DNA from: Planctomycetota bacterium
Lineage (GTDB): Bacteria; Planctomycetota; UBA8108; SXIK01
NCBI GenBank assembly: GCA_965223265.1
Contig: OZ244999.1
Coordinates: 2,176,001 to 2,240,000 of the forward strand
DNA: 64,000 nucleotides
Reading direction: 5' to 3'
A program made the translations under genes and the position numbers. Every line of letters begins with the position of its first letter. Within the stretch, counting starts at the first letter, position 1. This document shows positions 48,319 to 57,695 of this stretch, in pieces. The notes under the pieces were generated by a model that worked only from the letters and a program-made list of their open reading frames with translations, had not been told where the DNA came from and made no database searches.

Positions 48319-49518
48319 ATGGCGAGCTTTGAATACACAGCGAGAAACGCCAGCGGCGAGAAGGTTGTCGGCTCGATCGAGGCTGACAGCGCGGCGGCGG
48401 CGATGCGCTCGCTCGATGAGCGGCGCCTTTTTCCCGTCCAAATCGTCGAGAAAGCAGCATCCCGCGCCGAGACGAGCACGCGGCGTGTCCGGTCGCGCGA
48501 TCTCGGAATCTTTTACGGCCAGCTAGCTGATCTCCTGCACAGCGGCGTGCCGCTTCTCAAGGCGATCGACTCTCTGATCCGTTCCTCGTTCAACCCGCGT
48601 CTCAAGGCGCTGCTGCGAAAGATTCGCGACGACGTCGCCGAGGGAACGTCACTCACCGAGGCGTTCCGTCAGCATCCTCACGCCTTTCCACTCCTCCACG
48701 TCGCCATGGTGCAGGCGGGGGAGCGAGCCAGCTTTCTCGAGGAGGTCCTCTACAGCCTGTCGGGCTTCATCGAGCGGCTCGACGAGCTGCAAGGAAAGGT
48801 GCGTGGGGCGATGATCTACCCCGCGCTTCTTTGCGCCCTCGGCACCACGGTCATGGTCGCGGCACTTATGTTTTTCGTGCCCAAGTTTGAACCCCTTCTC
48901 GAAGGCGTCGAGAAACCGCTTCCGACTCTGGTGATCTTCGGTCTGAGTGCTCTTGCGCGCCAGCACTGGTTCACCGCGATCCTGCTCATGGCTTTGGCGA
49001 CCTGGGTCCTCGTCAGCGTCGTCCGCAGCGAGTGGGGACGCGATGTCTACGAGCGCTTGCGTTTTCGCATCCCAGTGCTCGGAAACGCCATGCGTATGGT
49101 GGCGATCACCCGTTTCTGCCGCATCCTCGGCACCATGCTCGCCAACGGCGTGCCGATGCTCCAGGCGCTGACGATCAGCCGTGACGCGACAGGTTCTCGC
49201 GTCATGGCGGAGCTCATCGAAGCCGCAGCCGAAAGCGTCCGCGGCGGCGAGACTTTGAGCGGGCCCTTGGGTCAGGGGAATGTCTTTCCGGCGCAGATTT
49301 TGGCGATGATCACTGTTGCCGAGGAGTCGAATCAGCTCGAGAAGGTGTTAGTGCAGATTGCGGACACGGTCGAGCGCAGGACGCACCGGCAAGTCGACCA
49401 GGCGATGCGACTTCTGGAGCCGGTCATCCTCTGTTTGGTGGCTGTTGCAATCGGTTTTTTGGCGTTAGGCCTGCTGCTGCCGATTTTTACGCTCGCTGGT
49501 TCGATCGGCGCGACCTGA
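48319..49518 (+). CDS. gspF: Type II secretion inner-membrane platform GspF/PilC family
   Basis: QLADLLHSGVPL, MVQAGE, AMIYP, GTMLANGVP, AEES..LE, LLEP, LLLPIF. Confidence 0.92.
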   Translation: MASFEYTARNASGEKVVGSIEADSAAAAMRSLDERRLFPVQIVEKAASRAETSTRRVRSRDLGIFYGQLADLLHSGVPLLKAIDSLIRSSFNPRLKALLRKIRDDVAEGTSLTEAFRQHPHAFPLLHVAMVQAGERASFLEEVLYSLSGFIERLDELQGKVRGAMIYPALLCALGTTVMVAALMFFVPKFEPLLEGVEKPLPTLVIFGLSALARQHWFTAILLMALATWVLVSVVRSEWGRDVYERLRFRIPVLGNAMRMVAITRFCRILGTMLANGVPMLQALTISRDATGSRVMAELIEAAAESVRGGETLSGPLGQGNVFPAQILAMITVAEESNQLEKVLVQIADTVERRTHRQVDQAMRLLEPVILCLVAVAIGFLALGLLLPIFTLAGSIGAT

Positions 49519-49656
49519 GGCTTCGTCTACTTCTGTTTGACGGTGGCGCCATCACGCACTACAGTGATCAATTCACCCCGTTTTGCGGGAAGTCAACAGA
49601 CGCGGTCGACACTGGCGCGCCGGCCTCGTAGAGGAATTAGCGTAAAGAGGAAGAAG

Positions 49657-50175
49657 ATGCTGCACAGAATCAGCACGAACTCGGGTGGTTTTTCACTTGT
49701 TGAGGTCCTTCTCGTCATCGTGATCATTCTCATGCTTGCGGGTGCGCTCGTTGTTTACGTGCTGCCGCAGCAAGAGGGTGCTCAGGTCAATTCGACGGTG
49801 ATCAAGCTGAAGTCCATCGAGCAGGCTCTCAGTAGCTACAAAGTCAACGTCGGACGGTTTCCAAATGAGGACGAAGGCGGACTCCAGGCGCTCCTTCGGC
49901 GCCCTGACTTTGAAGACGAACGACTCGGTGACAAGTGGAATGGACCCTATATCAAGCCTGGTACCCCTCTCGACGATGCCTGGGGTAACACGCTGCGCTA
50001 CGAGCTCGTTGACAAGACTCTCATCGACGAACCTGACGCACCGGACTACGAGCTCTTCTCCGTTGGTCCGGACGGGCTCGAAGAGACGGAGGACGACATC
50101 CGCGTCGGCGCTAGCGTTGACGGCGATGGCATCGACATCGACACCGAAACCGGAAACGATACCGCGCCGATTTGA
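49657..50175 (+). CDS. gspG: Major pseudopilin
   Basis: GG|FSLVEVLLVIVII prepilin site; AL..YK...G.FP...GL.AL, WNGPYI, D.WG..Y, S.GPDG...T.DDI. Confidence 0.9.
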   Translation: MLHRISTNSGGFSLVEVLLVIVIILMLAGALVVYVLPQQEGAQVNSTVIKLKSIEQALSSYKVNVGRFPNEDEGGLQALLRRPDFEDERLGDKWNGPYIKPGTPLDDAWGNTLRYELVDKTLIDEPDAPDYELFSVGPDGLEETEDDIRVGASVDGDGIDIDTETGNDTAPI

Positions 50176-50268
50176 TGGCGTGGACTGATCGCGTCGGGCC
50201 GCGGCCTAACGTATGTGTGCCATACCACCGTGGTTCGGCGAGATTTGGGCTCCGCGTTCGGGACTTAA

Positions 50269-50360
50269 CAGCCTGCCTGATAAAGTGCTTCGAGTCGAAG
50301 AAGTTAACCCCAGCGCTTGCAGAGAAATTGACGACGAAGACCTGTTTTTTGTCGCTAGTT
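50269..50360. repeat. Degenerate left-end remnant of the MITE family
   Basis: TTAA-CAGCCTGCCTGATAAAGTGCTTCGAG matches family terminus. Confidence 0.55.
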
Positions 50361-50403
50361 CCATGCTGGCATTGGAGCTTTCTGCGGGATCGCGGAGGTT
50401 GCG

Positions 50404-51465
50404 ATGGCGCGTACTGACGTCGGGGCGTGGCTGCGGCGCGTTCGGCGAATCAGGGAGACCGAGGCCCAGGCTCGCGACGGGGATGATCGTCGCAGGCGCG
50501 GCTTCAGTCTCATCGAAGTGCTGCTTTCCCTCGTCCTGCTCGGGCTTTTTCTTAGCGCCTTGGTGTGGAACTTCACGAATTTTGGACGCGGAAACGACTT
50601 CGAAGAAGGTGCGCGTCGAGTCGAAACGCTCCTGCGCTTCGCCCGCGGTGAGGCATCGCGACTGGGGCGACGCGTGCGGCTCGAATTCAAGCCGCGTCAC
50701 GAACCCGGACTCGAGGGCACTCTCGAAAGCGCTGCCGCGCCGCTAGGGGACGAGGCGACGCTCGCGTCGATCGTCTTCACCATTGAACGCGACCCGCTCC
50801 TCACACCGGGAGTTTTCACTTCTCCCACTGGCGACAGTTGGATGACAAGTGACGTCAATCAGCTCGTGGGTGTTGAATCGGTCTCCGAACTTGATCGTGT
50901 CACGGGCGTGGACGTGCTGGGAACCGCGGTTGACGGCGATCTGGACGCCGTGCCAGGTGAGGGGGAGCTCTTGGAATACGGGGAGGCGGGAGTGTCTCCG
51001 GAGGCGGGGGTGACCCTTGAAAACGCCGCAACGGACCAAGCGCGGCGCGGTTTTGTCGCCGCTGAGGAGGGTGACCTCGAGTCTCTGCTCGGCCCAGTGA
51101 CGTTTTACCCCGATGGTTCGAGCGACTCCGTACGTCTGACGTTGGCGCCGCTCGAGCCGAACGCTCGCCGGCGGGTCACGTTTGAGCTCGCTGGGGTGAC
51201 CGGCTCGATCCGCCGCATAGACCATGCCGTCAGCGAGGATGAAGATGGCGCGTTGGAGCCGGAGGAGTCGGCGACCTCGGAGCGCGACGAGTCGAGCTAT
51301 GAGCCGCAGACGCAGCGACAGGACCCGAATGACGGACGCGTCGCACCGAGCGTGCGCGAGCCCAACGTCTCACAGCCCACCGGGCCGCCACGCCGCGGGC
51401 GTCGCGATGGAGCTCTGCGTGACCGAGCTGGCGGCGGCGCTCGGGGATTGGAGGCGCGCCCATGA
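50404..51465 (+). CDS. Minor pseudopilin, GspH-like
   Basis: RRG|FSLIEVLLSL, ARGEA, VTFYPDGS, GVTG; acidic insertion and long tail. Confidence 0.8.
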   Translation: MARTDVGAWLRRVRRIRETEAQARDGDDRRRRGFSLIEVLLSLVLLGLFLSALVWNFTNFGRGNDFEEGARRVETLLRFARGEASRLGRRVRLEFKPRHEPGLEGTLESAAAPLGDEATLASIVFTIERDPLLTPGVFTSPTGDSWMTSDVNQLVGVESVSELDRVTGVDVLGTAVDGDLDAVPGEGELLEYGEAGVSPEAGVTLENAATDQARRGFVAAEEGDLESLLGPVTFYPDGSSDSVRLTLAPLEPNARRRVTFELAGVTGSIRRIDHAVSEDEDGALEPEESATSERDESSYEPQTQRQDPNDGRVAPSVREPNVSQPTGPPRRGRRDGALRDRAGGGARGLEARP

Positions 51466-52094
51466 GGTCGGCTGAGGTGTCCCCCCAGCGATTGGTGCCG
51501 CTGCGGTCGGCGGCGATGGCTGCGCCGGGCGAGCCTGGCGTGCGGCGGCACGATCCAGCGTGCGTCCGCGGGGTCGTCCTGTTTGAGGTCGTGTTGGCGA
51601 TCGCGCTGTTTACGCTGACCGCGTCGATCGTGGTCGGTGGACTTGGAACGTCCGTGGCAGCGGTCGATCGCTTGAAGCTCAAGACGCACGCAGCCCATCT
51701 TGCCAGCAGCGTTCTAGCGCGCCTCGAGATGGGGCTCTTGTCGTCCAGTGAGGGGGGCGAGCGCCCGTTTCCCGCGCCCTATGGTGGTTGGACCTACGAA
51801 ATCGCTCGCGGGGACGAGACGGACGCGGCTGGAGGAGGAGGTGGCGGTGGTGGTGGCGGTCTTGCGGCTGGCGGGGCGCATGAGGCAGCAGGTAGCGGCC
51901 TCGAAGCACAGCTGCAAGCGTGGCAGGTGATCGTCCGCTACCAGCCAGACCCGTCGATCGAATATCGATTGACGCAGATCACGGCTGCATCGACCGCACG
52001 ACAACCCGGAGAGGAGCCCGCGGCGCACGAAAGCATCAGCGATGCTGAGCTCGAGCGCGTGCGCGAGATCTTTACAGCTGAGGCGGAGCGATGA
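51462..52094 (+). CDS. Minor pseudopilin, GspI-like
   Basis: RG|VVLFEVVLAIALF, A..LA...LA.LE.G; ATGA overlap; poly-Gly insertion. Confidence 0.75.
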   Translation: MRSAEVSPQRLVPLRSAAMAAPGEPGVRRHDPACVRGVVLFEVVLAIALFTLTASIVVGGLGTSVAAVDRLKLKTHAAHLASSVLARLEMGLLSSSEGGERPFPAPYGGWTYEIARGDETDAAGGGGGGGGGGLAAGGAHEAAGSGLEAQLQAWQVIVRYQPDPSIEYRLTQITAASTARQPGEEPAAHESISDAELERVREIFTAEAER

Positions 52095-53452
52095 GACGCG
52101 CAGCGACGAGCAGGAGCATGGACATGTCGCCGCGTCGCTGCGAACTGGGTCGGGAGCGGCTGCGGCGCGGCCGCATCGTGTCTTGCGGCGCGTTTACACT
52201 CATCGAAGTGGTCCTAGCGATCGCGCTCACCACCGGTCTTCTTCTGACAGTTCTCGTTTTCTACCAGGCCGCCGCAACGCTGCGCCGTGATCTTGAGGAA
52301 GATCTCGAGGGCACCGCTGAGGCGCGTCTGCTGCTCGACCGTATTGCAACGGAGCTGCGCGGCGCGGTCCACCAGTCGCGGGCCGGGTATGGCATGAAGG
52401 GCGGTGAGACCTGGATCGAGTTCGTCACAGCCGTGGTGCCAACAGATTCGGCTTGGAACATCGACTACGCCGCCTCGGCGCCGGTGCCTCAGACTGATCT
52501 TGAAGTGGTCCGTTACGAACTCAAGCTGCGGCACTTCGATGATGGGGGCTTCGAAGATGTCAGTGGCCGGAATGTCGGCACCGCTGCGGCGTCGCCTACC
52601 TCTCGGCGTGACCTTGACCTTCCAGCGGCCCCGGCGGGGGCGGCATCGAGGAGATCGGACGCGGCACCGCGACCGTCGACGCCGCAGACCGGCCGCTTCG
52701 ATGCGGCAGACGCGATCGATGCTGGATTGGAGCCGGTTGGGGACGGGATCGTGCGTGCGGCGCAGCGGATACCTACCGGATCGAGGCGCAGACGTTCGGT
52801 CGTGGTGGCGCCGCGCATGCGACGGATTCGCCTACGCTACTTCGACGGCGTACGGTGGCAGACAACCTGGAACCGATCCGGGATACCGATCGGGGTCGAG
52901 ATCGGCGTCAGTCCCGCACTGCCCCCTGCCGATGTAGTGACGCGCCCGTTCGACACGGGTGACGCCGACATCGCGGCTTCCACCGGCAACGCCGCACCGA
53001 CCACCGAATCCAGACGCGTCTCAAGGTCCAGCCAGATCCGCCGCCCGGGCACTCGCACCGAGCAGGGCTCTCGGGCACAAATGGCGCGCCCGGCAGCATC
53101 GCCGCGGTCGAGCTCGACGTCCCGGGCGGGGCGCCAGCGACCTTCGTCGCGATCGCTGTCGCCAACGTCGTCTCGCTCACGCTCGGCTCGCGGCGCGAGC
53201 GCGGCGGCCAATGAACCAATCGATGACGGCTGGGAAGACTCCAGCGCTGGATCTGAGGGCGGGGAGGAAGAGTTCAATATCGATTGGTACTCACGCGTCG
53301 TTTATTTGCCTGGCTCAGCGAACCCTCGCGCCGTCGCACGAATCGATGCTGACGGCTTTGGTGACGATCTCGATGGCGAGGAGACGGAGGGGGGCGCGAC
53401 GCAGAGCAGTGATCCATACCCCCGCGCAGCGCGGGAAGAGGGTGACGAATGA
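52091..53452 (+). CDS. Minor pseudopilin, GspJ-like
   Basis: GA|FTLIEVVLAIAL, LLDRI..ELR.A, V.Y.L, RYFDG..W...W....IP.GVEI. Confidence 0.8.
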   Translation: MRRAATSRSMDMSPRRCELGRERLRRGRIVSCGAFTLIEVVLAIALTTGLLLTVLVFYQAAATLRRDLEEDLEGTAEARLLLDRIATELRGAVHQSRAGYGMKGGETWIEFVTAVVPTDSAWNIDYAASAPVPQTDLEVVRYELKLRHFDDGGFEDVSGRNVGTAAASPTSRRDLDLPAAPAGAASRRSDAAPRPSTPQTGRFDAADAIDAGLEPVGDGIVRAAQRIPTGSRRRRSVVVAPRMRRIRLRYFDGVRWQTTWNRSGIPIGVEIGVSPALPPADVVTRPFDTGDADIAASTGNAAPTTESRRVSRSSQIRRPGTRTEQGSRAQMARPAASPRSSSTSRAGRQRPSSRSLSPTSSRSRSARGASAAANEPIDDGWEDSSAGSEGGEEEFNIDWYSRVVYLPGSANPRAVARIDADGFGDDLDGEETEGGATQSSDPYPRAAREEGDE

Positions 53453-54840
53453 AGCGCGCCGCACCGACGAACGGTTTTGTGCTTCTTGCCGTGCTCGTGG
53501 TCAGCATGTTGGCGGCGATGCTGGTTCTTAGCACGCTGTATCGGATCCGCGCTGAACACGGCGCTGAATCAGCGGGCGAGGGACGCGAGCAAGCGTGGCA
53601 CGCCGCGATGAGCGGTCTTCACCGCGCCGCGTCGATCGTCGCCGACGCCCCCTACGATCCTGAGCGTTGGCTCCACAATGCCGCGCTCTTTGAGCGCCAG
53701 TTCGTCGCTGACGACGGCGCCGACGACTGGTATTTCACGGTTTACGCGGAAGCGACCGACGAGCAAGAGAGCGGGGAAGTGCGCTACGGGGTCACTGACG
53801 AAAGCGCTAAGCTCAATCTTCACTTCGTGGATCGTGAGGTGCTAACCAAGATCCCCGCGCTGACCGAGCCGCAGATCGCCGGTCTCCTGGACTTCCTCGA
53901 TCCTGGAAGCGAGCCGAGGCCTGGTGGCGCGGAGGATATCTACTACGAGACACTGCCGACGCCATACCACAGTCTGGACGGTCAAGTGACGACGCTCGAC
54001 GAGCTGCTGCTCGTGCGTGGGTTCAACGCTGGTGTGCTCTATGGCGAGGACGCTAACCGTAACGCCCGCCTCGACGTCGGCGAGGATGATGGAGAGCTGA
54101 CGTTTCCGATGGACAACGGCGACGGTGAGCTCGACCTCGGCTTACGCCAATACTTGACAGTCCACACGGCGCGTTGGGCGGTCGACCGCGAGGGGCGTCC
54201 GCAAGTGAATCTTAACCGCGACGTCGATCGGCTTGCGGAGCTTGGATTCTCGGATGAGACGCTGCGATACATTGCGACAGCGCGGCGGCAATCGAGGCAA
54301 GCGGCGTTTTCGCACCCTGTCGACCTCCTCGAAGCAGAACCCATCGAAAGCGTTGACGAGAACGGCGAGACGGTCGAGCTTGAGTGCGGTGTTGGGGAGG
54401 CCGATCTCGAGAAGATCCTCGATCGCTGCACGACCCAGTCAGAGGAACGCGAGGTGACGCCGTGCATCAACGTCTACACCGCCAGCGCGAAGGTGCTGGA
54501 GCTCGTCGCCGACATCGACTCGGAACTCGCTGAGGCGATCGTGTCGCACCGCTTCTCCATACCTGTCGATCGCCGCCACACCACGGATTGGCTTCTCCGC
54601 GACGGCCTGTTAGACACCGAACACTACAAGAAGATCGCTCCGAGCCTGGGCACGCGCGGCTTCCAGTTTCATTTGCAGGTGATCGGGTTTGGAGTACCAT
54701 CAGGCAGATTTCGGGTGCTGGAGGCGGTGGTCGACGTGGGGTACCCGCAACCGCGAATCATCTATCTGCGCGACCTGACGCGTCTCGGCGTACCGTTCGC
54801 GCTCGCGACGGAGGAGGGCCGAAGCTTTGACCAGCCGTGA
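53449..54840 (+). CDS. gspK: Minor pseudopilin GspK
   Basis: NG|FVLLAVLVV, AMSG, DESAKLNL, DELLLVRG, GED.N.N..LD..EDDG Ca-binding-like motif, INV.TA. Confidence 0.88.
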   Translation: MKRAAPTNGFVLLAVLVVSMLAAMLVLSTLYRIRAEHGAESAGEGREQAWHAAMSGLHRAASIVADAPYDPERWLHNAALFERQFVADDGADDWYFTVYAEATDEQESGEVRYGVTDESAKLNLHFVDREVLTKIPALTEPQIAGLLDFLDPGSEPRPGGAEDIYYETLPTPYHSLDGQVTTLDELLLVRGFNAGVLYGEDANRNARLDVGEDDGELTFPMDNGDGELDLGLRQYLTVHTARWAVDREGRPQVNLNRDVDRLAELGFSDETLRYIATARRQSRQAAFSHPVDLLEAEPIESVDENGETVELECGVGEADLEKILDRCTTQSEEREVTPCINVYTASAKVLELVADIDSELAEAIVSHRFSIPVDRRHTTDWLLRDGLLDTEHYKKIAPSLGTRGFQFHLQVIGFGVPSGRFRVLEAVVDVGYPQPRIIYLRDLTRLGVPFALATEEGRSFDQP

Positions 54841-56566
54841 GGCGAATCAAGAAGCGACTCGGATGGTGGAGCGCTTGGGCGCGACGCGCCGAAAGCCGCC
54901 TTCGAACGCCGTCGTCATCGAGCTCGGTGGGGCGTACTTGCGTGCCGTCGAATGTGCGCGTCGCGGCAAGAAAGTCGTCGTCACCCGCATCGTCACGGAA
55001 CGCTTGCCCGCGGATCTCATCTCCCAGCGCGATCCCGCGGCCACGGGTCGCTGGATCGCGAAGACGCTCGCGCCGTACAAACTTCCTCTCAATCAAGCCG
55101 TGATAGGCATCCCTCGCAGCCATGTCTTCTTGAAGCCGATCTCTCTTCCCCCTCCTGGGGATATGCATGAGCTTGCGTCGATGGTTGTTTTTCAGGCGGC
55201 GAAAGAACTGCCGTTCGCGGTCGAAGAGGCAGTGATCGACTACACAGTGCAGAGTCACTTCGATATTGTTCCGGCGACTGAAGGCGATCTGGCGGAGGAA
55301 GCTACCGGGCGCGTAGCCAAAGAGACCATTGAGAACCGTGGCTCCCGCAGCGGCGAAGGAACGGATGGCGCAACCGAGACGGTGCGCGTGCAGGTTCTCG
55401 TTGCTGCCGTTCGGCGCGACGTTGTGGACGAGTACAAGGCCATCGCCGCCGCGGCTCACTGTAAGCTGCGTTCGCTGACGCTCAGATCGCATGGAAACGT
55501 TCGAGCGATCGAGCTCTGCGAGGGGCGTCCGTCTGGCAGCGTCGCTCTTGTCCACGTGCGCGAACGAGAGCTGATCATCGACGTTTTGGACGACGGCGAC
55601 CTGGCGTTTAGCCGAGCGATCAATTTGCCGGCCGCTGCCGCGCCGGACGCCAGCGCTGATCGCAACGACGCTGTCGTGGAGCTTGCGAGTCGAGAGATCC
55701 TCCGCAGTGTGCGGAGCTACCAGGCGCTTGAGACGCGCGGTACATTGACGAAGGTTGTCGTCGTCGGGGAGGAGGAAAGAGCGACCGAACTCGTCGAACG
55801 CGTTGGAAGTCAGTTGGGCATCCCGACGTCACAGCTCGACCCAGCCCAACCACTTGGGCTCAAGGGCGAGGACGCAAAGAAGGCCCAGGGGTCGGTTGCA
55901 GCCATCGGACTCGGTATAGGGTTCCTCGATGGGCGTGGCCTCCTGTTCGACTTTCTACACCCGAAGAGAGTTCCGCCCAAAGTGAATTGGCGCCGACGCG
56001 CACGCGTTGGGGCGATCGTGCTCGTCGTGGCGACGTTGGCTGGGCTTTTCTTCGTGCGGTCACATTTTGTCGGTCAGCTCGATCAAGAGCTCAACCAGGT
56101 TCGTTCGCAGCTTTCGTCTAGAAAGGCGCTGAGACAGTTCAAGAGGGACGAGAAGAGCGCGCTCGAGATCGAACGCTGGATCGACGGCGACTATGGATGG
56201 CTTGATCAAATCGCCGACTTGAGTCGTGTCCTCCCCGATTCCGATGCGGTCTACGTCGACAATCTTGGCATGAGCGCGAACGGAAAGATCCTCGTGTCGC
56301 TCCGGGCTCGTTCCGGCGAACTTCCCGATGAGGTGTATCAGCGTTTCAAGAAGGCGGGGTATCACGTCAGCCCGCCCTCAGTGACGCCGTCGCGTGATGC
56401 GCACGGCTACGGCTTCAAGACGACCGTCGAGCTCACAGCTCGTCCGAACGAAAAGAAGAGAGCCAAACTAGCAGCGCTCACTTCACCGGTGCGGTCATCT
56501 AACGCTGTCAAGGCGACCAACGAGAGCGTCGATCCTGAGCTGGCAGGGAAGGAGTCACCAAAGTGA
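54827..56566 (+). CDS. GspL-like protein built as PilM (actin-like) + TM + PilN-like periplasmic domain
   Basis: VVIELG...LRAV, ELPF...E..IDY, VLVAAV, AFSRAI, AAIGLG, FDFL.P, TM, WL..IA.LS..LP; TTG start after GGAGGAGG. Confidence 0.78.
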   Translation: MTSREANQEATRMVERLGATRRKPPSNAVVIELGGAYLRAVECARRGKKVVVTRIVTERLPADLISQRDPAATGRWIAKTLAPYKLPLNQAVIGIPRSHVFLKPISLPPPGDMHELASMVVFQAAKELPFAVEEAVIDYTVQSHFDIVPATEGDLAEEATGRVAKETIENRGSRSGEGTDGATETVRVQVLVAAVRRDVVDEYKAIAAAAHCKLRSLTLRSHGNVRAIELCEGRPSGSVALVHVRERELIIDVLDDGDLAFSRAINLPAAAAPDASADRNDAVVELASREILRSVRSYQALETRGTLTKVVVVGEEERATELVERVGSQLGIPTSQLDPAQPLGLKGEDAKKAQGSVAAIGLGIGFLDGRGLLFDFLHPKRVPPKVNWRRRARVGAIVLVVATLAGLFFVRSHFVGQLDQELNQVRSQLSSRKALRQFKRDEKSALEIERWIDGDYGWLDQIADLSRVLPDSDAVYVDNLGMSANGKILVSLRARSGELPDEVYQRFKKAGYHVSPPSVTPSRDAHGYGFKTTVELTARPNEKKRAKLAALTSPVRSSNAVKATNESVDPELAGKESPK

Positions 56567-57558
56567 CGCGTCGCGAACGTATGCTTTTCAGCATCGTCTG
56601 TACTTTTGTGGGTGTCGCGTTCTTCGGCGTCGGCGTGAAGAAGTTCGTCGTTGATCCGCTGAAAGAGAAGAAGCAACAGATTGGAGTGATCAGTTCGCGC
56701 CTCGGTGAACATAGGCGAGCGAAGAAGCGAGCCGCGAATGCGAGACGAAGGATGGTCAACGTTGCGTCGCGGACCTACGCCGGTAGCCTCGACGAGGCGC
56801 AGGCCCGTTGCGGTCGAGAGATCAGCGAGCTGTTGCGGGCGGCCGGGCTCGACGAAAGTGTGTTCACGCGCAGGCCGGTTCGACCGAGTCGCGTCGGCTC
56901 GGAGGCGTTCGAGACCGGATGGACTCTCCGCGGCGTGGGGCCTCTAAAAAGTCTCGTAGACTTCCTGTATCTCCTCGATTCCGTGCCCTACGCCAGCAAG
57001 ATCGAAAAGTTGTCGCTCACTCCGAGCGATCGCGTCACCGGATCGATCCATTTTACGTACCTCACTTTGGCGCTGCCGAAGAAGTGGCGCGACGGTGTCC
57101 CGCCAATCGACAGGCAGCCGCCTGCGTCAGCGTTGGCGACAGCTGAGCGCAAGGCATACGACGTCATCACGGGGCGCAACTTCTTCGCGCCGTTCGCCCC
57201 AACGCCAGAGCCGCCACCGGTGCCCGCGCGTGATCCTGTCGCGGAAGAGCGTGATCGTTTGGCGGCGTTTAGGGTCGTGTCACTTTCCGAGTGGAAAGGT
57301 ACGCCCGAAGTCATGGTCCTCGATGTGGAAAAAGAGAGCACAGAAAAGTATTATCCTGGGGACACTCTCGCCGGCGGTGAAATCTTAACCATCGATTACC
57401 GCGCGCTCCCAAATCCGGCGAAGCCCGGGATGACTTCGATTAGTCGGGTCATTATTGGGGCCGGCGCCGAGTTTTGGGCGATCGAAAACGGCGCGACGCT
57501 CGCCGAACGCCGTCGCCTTAAACCCGAAGATCTTCCGTCTGGCCTGCAGGGTCGTTGA
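56563..57558 (+). CDS. GspM/PilO-like domain fused to a GspC-like C-terminal domain
   Basis: MTRRER + TM + coiled coil, G.L..LVDFLY.L (PilO/GspM-like), RNFFAP + Pro linker, GDTL.G..I..I (GspC HR-like). Confidence 0.65.
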   Translation: MTRRERMLFSIVCTFVGVAFFGVGVKKFVVDPLKEKKQQIGVISSRLGEHRRAKKRAANARRRMVNVASRTYAGSLDEAQARCGREISELLRAAGLDESVFTRRPVRPSRVGSEAFETGWTLRGVGPLKSLVDFLYLLDSVPYASKIEKLSLTPSDRVTGSIHFTYLTLALPKKWRDGVPPIDRQPPASALATAERKAYDVITGRNFFAPFAPTPEPPPVPARDPVAEERDRLAAFRVVSLSEWKGTPEVMVLDVEKESTEKYYPGDTLAGGEILTIDYRALPNPAKPGMTSISRVIIGAGAEFWAIENGATLAERRRLKPEDLPSGLQGR

Positions 57559-57695
57559 TCGGGACCGAGATTCCCACCTTTCTTCAATGTGGAGCCCGTG
57601 CTCCACGTCAGTCATTGTGAGTCAACCTTGGGCGCGTACCGCACCGTCGCTCTTTGATGGTGTGATTCCGCGTTTTCAGCGGAGCTAAGACACAG

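Noticed and set aside
51831-51860. Phase-variable microsatellite in GspI-like gene
   Set aside because: In-frame Gly run with mixed GGA/GGT/GGC codons, not a frameshifting tract
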